Positions 7,151 to 14,698 of a stretch of 32,000 nucleotides of DNA are shown one piece after another. The position numbers and the translations under genes are program-made. The stretch is from positions 330,001 through 362,000 of the forward strand of contig NC_010547.1 in the NCBI RefSeq assembly GCF_000017845.1, read 5' to 3'. The notes beneath the pieces are model-generated. The model did no database searches and had not been told where the DNA came from. It worked only from the letters and a program-made list of their open reading frames with translations. Numbering within the stretch: the first letter of the stretch is position 1; the number at the start of each line of letters is the position of its first letter. This stretch comes from Crocosphaera subtropica ATCC 51142. GTDB taxonomy: Bacteria; Cyanobacteriota; Cyanobacteriia; Cyanobacteriales; Microcystaceae.

Positions 7151-8195
7151 TTAATAAGGGGTTGAAGGAATTAACTCTAATTTGGACATAAAACTATGGC
7201 TCATTATAACGTCAATTACCTCTCCAGATTGGGAGGATTCTATTATTTTCAAAATCAAGGAACTAATTCTCAACCGAACTAATCCACAAACGGTTAACAA
7301 AACCGATTTATATCGACTCTTATGTAAGCGAAATCTTTCTTGAACTACTTTAAATACTTTGACAACTCGAATTAAATGCTCAACAAAAATCCGATTAGAT
7401 GATAAAGCTTTATTTTCTTTTATTTGAGCTTCAGTTAATTCTCTTTTCTTAGTTTTTTTATGCGGAGTGATAATTTGAGTCTCTCCAATGTAGGCTTTAT
7501 CAGCACTAAAAGTTTGGTTTATCTTGAATTTATTTAAAGTTTGCCGACAGATGTTAATGTCACTTGTCGGCCCAGGTTTTCCAATTACTACATCAATAAT
7601 ATCTTCAGCTTTTGGCAAGACAACGAATTGACTTTTTAAAGTATGTCTTTTCTGCTTACCCTGTCTCTTGGTGCGCGTTCCCTAGGCGATTACGAATCGC
7701 CGGGGTCGCACCGCAATAATATTTTTTTTGTTCTTGATAATCTGAAGGTCTTTCAATAGCCTGTTCTGCGCTGTCTACAATCAATTCATAATCAGTTAAC
7801 ATTTCAAGAACTATTTCTTTTTCTTCTTGAAACTTTTTTATTTGTTCTAATAAACTTGGTGGTAACTCTCCTTCAAAAAGTGTTTGCCAATAAGTAAAAA
7901 TATTATGAGCCGTTGACTCACTTACTTGAAAAAGTAGTCCTAAGAGTTGAAAACTTATATTATGTCTTAAATAAACTAACGTTAGAACAATTTGTTCTTC
8001 TTCTGCTAATAAAGATGGACTTCCCGCACCAGGTTGATTAATTCTAATTTTTGTTTTTTCGTTCTCTTCTTTTTTTTTCTGATGAAGAAGCTTCCCTAGA
8101 GCAATCAATTGTTCCAATTGATTGTCATCAATTCCTAATAATCTTTTGGTTTGTTTAGGATATTTTTTTAGATAGCTCCAAGTGTAAGTTTCCAT
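7151..8195 (-). CDS. IS transposase in two frames: HTH_Tnp_4-like N-part 7656..8195; DDE C-part 7151..7660 (first ATG at 7618)
   Basis: N-part: EEQIVLTLVYLRHNISFQLLGLLFQVSESTAHNIF and IVDSAEQAIERP...QKKYYCG. C-part: GKQKRHTLKSQ..., SADKAYIG, SSNRIFVEHLIRVVKVFKVV. This is the typical DDE_Tnp_4 order D...D...E. Confidence 0.85.
7658..7709 (-). other. 52-nt GC-rich hairpin-forming insertion inside the transposase ORF (copy 1)
   Basis: The sense strand reads tat tat tgc GGT [gcgaccccggcgattcgtaatcgcctagggaacgcgcaccaagagacagGGT] aag cag aaa aga cat. Deleting the bracketed 52 nt restores YYCGKQKRHTLK in one frame. ggtgcg/cgcacc, ccc/ggg and ggcgatt/aatcgcc pair to give a stem of about 16 bp. Confidence 0.75.
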
Positions 8196-8425
8196 TCTTT
8201 TTTGAACTAATTATTCATTTTATTATACTATATTTCTTGATTTTATTAAATTATGGAGATGTCTATTACTTATTGTGTTGAACAAGGTTATCGACCTCCT
8301 TGTACGTTAGCTCAATATCATGAATATGTAGAAGCGATCGGCATTCCTTTGATAGAAGCAGATAACCCTAATTATCCTGATTATTGTTTCAGAGCCGCCC
8401 AAATGGTTATGAATTATTAAACTGA

Positions 8426-8977
8426 TTAACAAGAATAATTATGTAGTGCTTCATCAGGTAAACCATGTTTAAGAAGATTGATAGTAAAAGGAGATTCATA
8501 GTTAAAGAAATTGACTTTAGGATCTTTATTAGTTTGTCTTTCAAGTCGTTTTTCAATAATCCATTGACGATTAAAAGCTATTCCAAAATAACAAGGACTT
8601 AATTGATTCCAAGTCACATCAATTACTTGTTCTTCAATATAAACCCAAGCGTGTTGAACCGGATAAACATTCACTTGATCCGATAAAGCAAATCCTTCAC
8701 AATATAGTAAATCGTCAGGGTTTTCAGGTTCAAATAACATACTTAAACAATTATGATAACATTGTTGAGGAATACCAATTTGTTGAGCTTGCCCTCCTTC
8801 CATAAATTGTCCATACTCTAGTATAATTTCTTCAATACAATGATATTTCCAGTCTGCTTTGTAGGGATCAGCTTCTGCTCTTACTCCTTCAACAATACCC
8901 TGTAAAAAAGTTAACATTAATTGTTGATAATTTTCAGTCGTTGGTCGATATTGGATTTTAGATAAGATATCAAGCAT
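8426..8977 (-). CDS. Paralog of 3589..4092 (candidate Cys-His-Asp transglutaminase/papain-like fold)
   Basis: Shares the motifs listed for 3589..4092. The start is set at MLDILSKIQ (ATG at 8977), preceded by AAGGAAAG. The track ORF extends to 9079 with no support. Confidence 0.6.
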   Translation of the reverse strand: MLDILSKIQYRPTTENYQQLMLTFLQGIVEGVRAEADPYKADWKYHCIEEIILEYGQFMEGGQAQQIGIPQQCYHNCLSMLFEPENPDDLLYCEGFALSDQVNVYPVQHAWVYIEEQVIDVTWNQLSPCYFGIAFNRQWIIEKRLERQTNKDPKVNFFNYESPFTINLLKHGLPDEALHNYSC

Positions 8978-9040
8978 AGTTCTTTCCTTGGTGTTACTGT
9001 TTAGTATTCCCAAGGATGGGGGGATGATATCAGTAGGTAA

Positions 9041-9300
9041 ATGTCTGAGATGAAAAAGCTTACATTCAATAAATGTCAAAAATACGCCAGTTCAAAGGGT
9101 TTGATTTTATCAAGGATCACTCCACTACCTTATATTTCTTGCTTAATACAGCCGAAATATTTTCTAGAATCAACTTCAGGCGAAGCTATTGGCTCTTTCT
9201 TCAAATTAAAGGAAGTTAAGAATAAAATAGATCGCTATTATCATTATTAAATTACCGTGATGATTGTTTTAGAGCAACACAAATGATTATAAATTATTAA
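9041..9300 (+). pseudogene. Degenerate, frameshifted paralog of the IS-interrupted small gene
   Basis: The frame ending at 9300 encodes ...NYRDDCFRATQMIINY*, compared with NYPDYCFRAAQMVMNY* at 8420. The upstream part (LTFNKC..., EAIG) is in another frame (9041..9250). Confidence 0.35.
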
Positions 9301-9361
9301 TATTTGAACTATCAATATCATCTTGGAACTCGAATATTTTGAGAACATTCCCTTGAATAAC

Positions 9362-10252
9362 ATGAAGAGAATTATCATTAAGTTACTTTTGTTTCATCTT
9401 CTTCTCACTTCTTGCCAAACGAGATCAGAATTAGATAACTTATCAAACAATCCAATCAACAGTAAGCAAGTTCAATCTCGTCCTCTGGTTCACAAAATTC
9501 ATGAACTTCCTACAGCTAAAGTTCATACTCTATTAATTCCTTCTGAAAGTAATTTTAAAATTGATGTAGCTGTTTCTGAAACCTTAAAAACTGTAGAAGA
9601 TTTTGCCCAAGAAACTGAAGCAATCGCCGTCTTAAATGGGGGGTTCTTCGACCCAGTAAATAGCCAAACAACTTCTTATGTCATTAAAGAAGGAGAGGCC
9701 ATTGCTGACCCTTCAAATAATCCAAGATTGATGGATAATCCGCAGTTAGAACCTTATCTTAAACAAATCCTCAATCGTAGTGAATTTCGCCGTTATCAGT
9801 GCAATGAACTGACTCGTTATGCCATTACTTACCATCAAGAGCCGGTACCAGAAAATTGTCAACTCACCGAAAGTATTGGCGGTGGTCCACAATTACTCCC
9901 TAATCTTAGTGCAGAAGAAGAAGCTTTTTTTGAGTCTGTTAATGGTCAAGTCACTCGTGATCCTTTGGGACTTGAAAGAGCTAATGCACGAACGGCGATC
10001 GCCATTACTTCATCAGGAGATGTTCTCTGGATTATGGTCGAGCAAACATCACCATCAACCGGATTATCGTTATTAAAATTGAGAGAGTTTTTAGAAAGTT
10101 TAGATGTTACTTCAGCTATGAATTTAGATGGAGGAAGTTCTTCGTCTTTCTTTTATCAAGGTGATAGTTTTTATGGAAAACAATCAACAGATGGCAATGT
10201 AATTAAACGTCCCATTAAATCAGTTTTATTTATTGTTAAGCCTGTTCAATAA
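9362..10252 (+). CDS. Phosphodiester glycosidase (DUF2233/NAGPA-like) family lipoprotein or secreted protein
   Basis: AVLNGGFFD, ARTAIAITSSGDVLWIMVE and SAMNLDGGSSSSF motifs. N-terminal MKRIIIKLLLFHLLLTSC resembles a lipoprotein signal. The track start at 9323 is TTG; the ATG at 9362 is preferred. Confidence 0.75.
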   Translation: MKRIIIKLLLFHLLLTSCQTRSELDNLSNNPINSKQVQSRPLVHKIHELPTAKVHTLLIPSESNFKIDVAVSETLKTVEDFAQETEAIAVLNGGFFDPVNSQTTSYVIKEGEAIADPSNNPRLMDNPQLEPYLKQILNRSEFRRYQCNELTRYAITYHQEPVPENCQLTESIGGGPQLLPNLSAEEEAFFESVNGQVTRDPLGLERANARTAIAITSSGDVLWIMVEQTSPSTGLSLLKLREFLESLDVTSAMNLDGGSSSSFFYQGDSFYGKQSTDGNVIKRPIKSVLFIVKPVQ

Positions 10253-10281
10253 GAGATAATGAGTAGCTTAATAGAATCTAT

Positions 10282-10497
10282 TTATTCGTCAAGTTCCTCA
10301 ACTTTTCCTGTTTCTCTATTATAGTAATGAGTCGGCTTATCTTTACTATGTTTTAATTCGTGTACGACATAAACAATTACACCAAAAGTAAAAAGAATAA
10401 CAAGAATTAATAAGCCTACATCTTCCCAATTTGTCCAGTCAAATTCAATACCTGGATCAATAATATCTAAAGCGTCAATCGTCTCATAATTATTCAT
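10282..10497 (-). CDS. Small single-TM protein, translationally coupled to the DsbA-like gene
   Basis: ATGA start/stop overlap with 10494..11069; one hydrophobic helix (LLILVILFTFGVIVYVV). Confidence 0.5.
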   Translation of the reverse strand: MNNYETIDALDIIDPGIEFDWTNWEDVGLLILVILFTFGVIVYVVHELKHSKDKPTHYYNRETGKVEELDE

Positions 10498-11069
10498 AAG
10501 AGGGAATTAATTTTGTCTTGCCAGTCTTGTAAATTAGATTGAGATGATAAATCTGTTGTCTGTGCGCCATTAATAAAAAAGGTGGGAGTAGACCATACAC
10601 CTCGTATTGCGGCAAAACGAGCAGGTATTCTAGCTTGATTATATATTTCTTCGCTGTTTAGTAACTGAATAAATTTTTCTCTTTTATTCCAAAGATTACT
10701 ATCTAGCGCATAATCTGCTAGTAAATTATGCCAATCTGTTTGAGTTTTATCTTTAAAAGCTTTCTCATTAAATTCTGACTGATGGTCAAAAAGATAACTA
10801 ACAAAATCAACAAACTTCTCTGCGTTATCTTGTGCCACGGTCATGGCCGCTTTAGTTGCATCCCAACTTTGACGATGGTTGCTCAATGTCATTGGTTGTA
10901 AAATTAAATAGATTGTTTCAGCGTCGTATGCCTTAAGCACTTTGAGAATTGTTTGCCAACCTTTTTTAGAAAAAGGACATTCGAGATCGAAAAACATCTC
11001 GATTTGTATAGGTGCGTTACTGCTACCTAATCTGTAACCACTGGGACGTTTAGGAATAGGAATCGACAT
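10494..11069 (-). CDS. DsbA-family thioredoxin-fold protein with a monothiol CPFS motif
   Basis: FFDLECPFSKKGW at the expected active-site position and VWSTPTFFINGAQ (cis-Pro loop region). Confidence 0.7.
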   Translation of the reverse strand: MSIPIPKRPSGYRLGSSNAPIQIEMFFDLECPFSKKGWQTILKVLKAYDAETIYLILQPMTLSNHRQSWDATKAAMTVAQDNAEKFVDFVSYLFDHQSEFNEKAFKDKTQTDWHNLLADYALDSNLWNKREKFIQLLNSEEIYNQARIPARFAAIRGVWSTPTFFINGAQTTDLSSQSNLQDWQDKINSLL

Positions 11070-11098
11070 TTGATTGACTTTGAGGATTACTCAATTCA

Positions 11099-11767
11099 AT
11101 GTATCACTTAATTAATCGCATTACCTCTATCTTTAATCTGAAAATGTTTCATGAAAATCTATTTATCAATTACCCTAATGATTTCTTTGTAAAAGGAAAA
11201 CTATCTGATGGCGATCATCCTAATGAGTGTTTAATTTTTCAAGATGGTATTGCTTTTTGGCTCCAACCTCATCAACTCGCTATTATTATCACAACTATCC
11301 GACTTACTGATGAAGATATAGAACAATTATCTAGTCAGATTATCCCTTTGATGAGACAAGAATCTTTAGAAGAAAGTCAAATGGACGCAGAACAATTACT
11401 CCGTAAATATCGAAATCGCTCATTTGAACAAGTAATTGCTGATGGTTCACTTAGTCTTTTATCCCATCATCTACAAAAAGGTTATGGTGAAATTTATCTT
11501 GATTTTGCTCAACAGAGAAAAACTTTTACTAGACACCATATTCAAAAACTAAGTATGAAATGCTATTCCCTCGAAGCTACATTTTTTAATAAAATAGCTG
11601 TGACTCATTGCAATGCACCTACTTATATTAATCAGAGAATTAAATTCCTAAAATTGACTCAAAAAAACTTAGAACAACTTCTTAAAATCAATATTCAAGA
11701 CTCTAATACTTGGGACTTAGATATTTATTTAAAACTATGGGTATCAAAATCAAATTATCTTCTCTAA
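11099..11767 (+). CDS. Hypothetical protein
   Basis: 222-aa ORF; no recognised motif. Confidence 0.45.
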   Translation: MYHLINRITSIFNLKMFHENLFINYPNDFFVKGKLSDGDHPNECLIFQDGIAFWLQPHQLAIIITTIRLTDEDIEQLSSQIIPLMRQESLEESQMDAEQLLRKYRNRSFEQVIADGSLSLLSHHLQKGYGEIYLDFAQQRKTFTRHHIQKLSMKCYSLEATFFNKIAVTHCNAPTYINQRIKFLKLTQKNLEQLLKINIQDSNTWDLDIYLKLWVSKSNYLL

Positions 11768-12192
11768 ACTGAGTCATCAATCCAACCGCAACTAGGACAA
11801 TCCCAATGAATTAAAGGGGGATTATTCTTATCAAATTTATGGTTACATTGAGGACAAACGCCAGTAAAAATAGGATGATAATTAATTAATTCTAATAGTT
11901 CTTCTTGAGTATAGGGTGATGGTTTAGTAACAACTAATTCCCCATCATAATAGTTTAAAATATAACCGTCAGGATGATTATCATCGTCATCGTTGGTTAT
12001 TCGTTGTAAGTCCCCATTCTCATCAAAAGCGTACCCTTCAGGACTCCAAACTTCTCCTAGGATTTCCTCGTTCTCAGGATCTTGTCTAAAATCTATACAA
12101 TAGTTTTCATGTACTCCATAGGGGTGTACTGGACAGACGATATAAGAGTTATGGGAGTAGAAGAGACAGCGATCGCACTGAGGTATTTTCAT
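11764..12192 (-). CDS. Cys-rich hypothetical protein (two CxxC pairs at each end, acidic centre)
   Basis: CDRC...C..HP at the N-terminus and CPQC...CPSC at the C-terminus suggest zinc ribbons. Confidence 0.55.
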   Translation of the reverse strand: MKIPQCDRCLFYSHNSYIVCPVHPYGVHENYCIDFRQDPENEEILGEVWSPEGYAFDENGDLQRITNDDDDNHPDGYILNYYDGELVVTKPSPYTQEELLELINYHPIFTGVCPQCNHKFDKNNPPLIHWDCPSCGWIDDSV

Positions 12193-12205
12193 GTTTAGTC
12201 CCTTC

Positions 12206-12964
12206 CTACATTATTGAATTAAAAAGTTGCTTCCAATCAATAACGGCGGGTCTTACTCCTGAATTAATGATATCAATAGCTTGATTAATAGTTACGTCAT
12301 AATTCAAACACTCAACGCAAACATTGGCCACATCAATACGGCTCGTTTCTCCATTTAGAGTATCGCCAGTTCCCAGAACAACAGCTTTCTTTCCATCAGT
12401 TTTGGCTCTCAGTAAAGTATTCAGATCATAAGAAGTGTACGGACCATCGATTAATCGTCCAGGTCTGATAATTGTATAAGGTAATCCCGAACTTTTAAGT
12501 GTATTTTCTGCATAGAGTTTAGCATCAAGTACCCCAAAGGTATTAAGAATATTAAAAGGTAATTTATCTTTCCTTAACACACCGCAAGAAGAGACAAACA
12601 CAAATCGTTTGAGGTTTTTAGGAGTAGCTAAAATCAAGTTTTTTACTCCTTCTCCATCCACAGCTTGAGGTGTATTTTTAGGGTCAAATAAGTTAGCAAA
12701 ATCCCATCGTTGTGAAGGAAAAGCCGTGGTTCCTGTACAACAAATAATGTGAGTGACATCTTTCGTGGCTGTCCTCAGAGTATCAGGATAACGAATATCT
12801 CCGACCACAATATCAACTTTATTATCAAACATCTGTTGGGCTTTGTCTTGATTTCGAGTTAAAGCACGAACAGAAAGATTTTTTTCTAATAATTTAGCTA
12901 CCACTAATTGACCGACACCACCGGTAGCACCTGCCACTAAAATTAAATCTGAATTATTTAGCAT
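12206..12964 (-). CDS. NAD(P)-binding atypical SDR / NmrA-like family protein
   Basis: N-terminal ILVAGATGGVGQLVV Rossmann motif (GxxGxxG); length and layout are typical of NAD(P)H-binding SDR proteins. Confidence 0.8.
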   Translation of the reverse strand: MLNNSDLILVAGATGGVGQLVVAKLLEKNLSVRALTRNQDKAQQMFDNKVDIVVGDIRYPDTLRTATKDVTHIICCTGTTAFPSQRWDFANLFDPKNTPQAVDGEGVKNLILATPKNLKRFVFVSSCGVLRKDKLPFNILNTFGVLDAKLYAENTLKSSGLPYTIIRPGRLIDGPYTSYDLNTLLRAKTDGKKAVVLGTGDTLNGETSRIDVANVCVECLNYDVTINQAIDIINSGVRPAVIDWKQLFNSIM

Positions 12965-12996
12965 TTATTTTTGTTAAATAGATGTAATACAACAAT

Positions 12997-13186
12997 AGCA
13001 GTGACGGGACTCGAACCCGTGAGTTACCCATATATCTCCTCAACGCGCTTCCCTTGTTCAACCTTTCTATCAAACTCGGTGCATCCGCAATATTGATACA
13101 TGGCTCCCCGTTACTCCTCATGGGACTGGCGGGGTATCCTTCCCCTTCAACGTTGGGGGACGCTCTACCTTCTGAGCTACACTGCT
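12997..13186 (-). tRNA. tRNA-like gene with about 120 extra nt in place of the anticodon loop; isotype undetermined
   Basis: Sense strand: AGCAGTG TA GCTC AGAAGGTA GAGC G TCCCC [126 nt] GGGTA ACTC ACGGG TTCGAGT CCCGT CACTGCT. Perfect 7-bp acceptor stem, canonical D arm and GTTCGAGT T arm; TCCCC/GGGTA pair at 4 of 5 positions. No CCA encoded. Confidence 0.5.
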
Positions 13187-13618
13187 TTGTAATACAATCG
13201 TAAGACATTGAGGAGGAAATGTCTTCAATTGAGGGTTAAATTCATAATAAAATAAATGAGCAGGACAATTACAATCTGATGACCCAAACTTCTTAATAGG
13301 AATACTTGACTGTTCATCTTCAAATAATAACTCAGCCCATTGACATTCTTGCTTAATAGTATCAGTTGAATAGTAGATATTAAGAGGAGTTAAATGAGAT
13401 ATAAGATAATCAAGATGCCAATGATGACGTTTATTAATTTGTAAATGTCTATTAATTCTTGATTTGAGTCCTCCTTGTCCAAAGGCACTACCAATATAAC
13501 AATAATAACCAGGGTTGATTTGATAAGTTCCTAGTTTTCCGATGGTCACTGGTGATGAAGTAGAACAAGAAAAAACTAAACAATAAGTTCCTGGTTGAGA
13601 TGGTAAATCAATAGTCAT
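13118..13618 (-). CDS. DUF123 / GIY-YIG (Uri) superfamily endonuclease-like protein
   Basis: GYYCYIGSAFGQGGLKSRINRHLQINKRHHWHLDYL matches the DUF123 signature. The ATG at 13618 lies 1 nt after the upstream stop. The last ~23 codons read into the tRNA-like gene. Confidence 0.7.
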   Translation of the reverse strand: MTIDLPSQPGTYCLVFSCSTSSPVTIGKLGTYQINPGYYCYIGSAFGQGGLKSRINRHLQINKRHHWHLDYLISHLTPLNIYYSTDTIKQECQWAELLFEDEQSSIPIKKFGSSDCNCPAHLFYYEFNPQLKTFPPQCLTIVLQSSVAQKVERPPTLKGKDTPPVP

Positions 13619-13619
13619 T

Positions 13620-14015
13620 TTATCTTCGCATAATAGGACTACCATGATGATGAACTAAGCACCATTTCTGTGCCATTTTTCTAAAACTATTAGTGGCTAT
13701 TGATTGTGCTTCTAATCTTCGCCCTTGATTGATTTGTGTGACTTTTTCAATGAGTATAATATTAGCAATTTCTTGACCTAGTTCAATATTAATAATTTCT
13801 GTATCAATTTCTAAATAATCAGTGTTTTTAAAGATAGTTTCCCAAGAATGACGAATCATATCCCATCCTTTAAGAACATTACCCCCAGGATGAATACAGG
13901 TACAGCTTGAACCTTGCCACCATAATTGACTCATTGTTTTAATATCTCGTTTCTCAAAAGAACGATAAAAAGCATCATTAATGGCAGTTAATTGTGATTT
14001 CTCATCAGTAGTCAT
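13620..14015 (-). CDS. SnoaL-like / NTF2-fold family protein
   Basis: 131 aa. N-terminal AINDAFYRSFEKRDIKTMSQLW and C-terminal WCLVHHHGS are typical of DUF4440/SnoaL_3-type proteins. Confidence 0.65.
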   Translation of the reverse strand: MTTDEKSQLTAINDAFYRSFEKRDIKTMSQLWWQGSSCTCIHPGGNVLKGWDMIRHSWETIFKNTDYLEIDTEIINIELGQEIANIILIEKVTQINQGRRLEAQSIATNSFRKMAQKWCLVHHHGSPIMRR

Positions 14016-14082
14016 ATAATTATGCCTCGAATAATTAAAGAGTGTAACTGTACAATATTAAAAGCTCAGATTCTTAAGTTTT

Positions 14083-14495
14083 ATGTCTTGGACTAATCTA
14101 CGTTATCATCGTCTTCAACAAATTCAACAACTAGATCCAGTTAATGACCGCAGAACTTTGTTTATTCCGATAGCAATCGTCGTGTAGGAGAATCAAGAAT
14201 TAATTTATTTCTCAGTTGGTTTCCCTATTTTAGTCGTCAGATAATTAAACCCTGTGTTTATGCAATGTTTGATGACTTAACTTTGACGGCTTTTGGTAGC
14301 CCCCATCCTCCAGGTTTTGTTTGTCACTTCGTAGAAAATAGTCTAAAGTTACGTGGTTACGTTTCGAGATGGCTTTTACCTAGAAGAAAACCTGATTTTT
14401 TTACTGATAGTAAATTGAGAAGTTATCCTAATGGCTATAGTCTCTCGGATATCGGACCTACAAAAATGCTTAAAGAGCTTAATCGTAATAATTAG
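14083..14495 (+). pseudogene. Remnant of an MpaB-family oxygenase-like gene (N-terminal ~25 codons and C-terminal ~75 codons, centre missing)
   Basis: 14083.. encodes MSWTNLRYHRLQQIQQLDPVND. 14265..14495 encodes ...FGSPHPP...LKLRGYVSRWLLPRRKP...YPNGYSLSDIGP, which I recall as the start and end of ~400-aa MpaB/DUF2236 proteins. The two parts are in different frames. Confidence 0.35.
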
Positions 14496-14509
14496 ATTAT
14501 AACTAATTT

Positions 14510-14698
14510 ATGAAAATTATTAATTATCTTTTATGTCTCCTTTCACTCAATGCTTTTATGTTAGGATTGCCGAATAGAATCCTCGCTGCTGCAAATATTG
14601 AGATTGAAGAAGATACTCCATTTACTGATAAAATTATCCAATCTGGAGCCATTAAAGTCTCTGTTAGTTATACTCCAAAGGTAAAATTAATAAGCTAA
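14510..14698 (+). CDS. Small secreted hypothetical protein
   Basis: 62-aa ORF with an N-terminal signal-like segment (IINYLLCLLSLNAFMLGLPNRILAAA). Confidence 0.35.
   Translation: MKIINYLLCLLSLNAFMLGLPNRILAAANIEIEEDTPFTDKIIQSGAIKVSVSYTPKVKLIS

Larger units (their letters stand above)
7065..8265 (-). mobile_element. IS5/Harbinger-type (DDE_Tnp_4) insertion sequence, copy 1
   Basis: Terminal inverted repeats tagacatctcc / ggagatgtcta; TA on both sides of the gacatctcc...ggagatgtc core. Matches 16246..17446 (offset 9181) in every segment compared, and the ORF translations are identical. Confidence 0.9.
7039..8420 (+). pseudogene. 60-codon Cys-containing small gene interrupted by IS copy 1
   Basis: Removing 7067..8265 (IS plus one TA) joins atgagaatgttcaccgtcaacgacaata to ttacttattgt... 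in frame. The product is MRMFTVNDNITYCVEQGYRPPCTLAQYHEYVEAIGIPLIEADNPNYPDYCFRAAQMVMNY, with the stop at 8418..8420. Confidence 0.5.

Noticed and set aside
7709-7730. Programmed -1 frameshift on the A8 run (caaaaaaaat) just upstream of the hairpin, as in IS1/IS3 elements
   Set aside because: The DDE part is in the +1 frame, not the -1 frame. The -1 frame hits TAA and the +1 frame hits TAG inside the hairpin. Any recoding must therefore occur after the TAG (7659..7681) or skip the hairpin altogether.
3184-9984. Absence of HIP1 (GCGATCGC) across the accessory island as proof of foreign origin
   Set aside because: The mean spacing is about 1.8 kb, so a 6.8-kb gap is only mildly unlikely. A similar HIP1-free gap exists at 12.2-18.6 kb. 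This is supportive at best.
12997-13186. Group I intron (as in cyanobacterial tRNA-Leu(UAA) or tRNA-fMet) or tmRNA
   Set aside because: The intervening segment is only about 120 nt, well below known group I introns (about 200 nt or more). The gene does not match the tRNA-Leu(UAA) or tRNA-fMet sequences I recall. A normal D arm argues against tmRNA.
12954-13208. 84-aa ORF on the minus strand, and other track ORFs lying antisense to or nested in longer genes (1943..2167, 2185..2376, 3454..3639, 9819..10076, 15868..16134, 18477..18671, 18994..19191, 19119..19325, 20315..20548, 20434..20628, 22224..22430, 28610..28819, 29080..29436, 31003..31236, 31130..31360)
   Set aside because: Each overlaps a longer ORF with clear family motifs, or the tRNA-like gene. 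They have low-complexity or odd composition and no start context, so they were treated as spurious.
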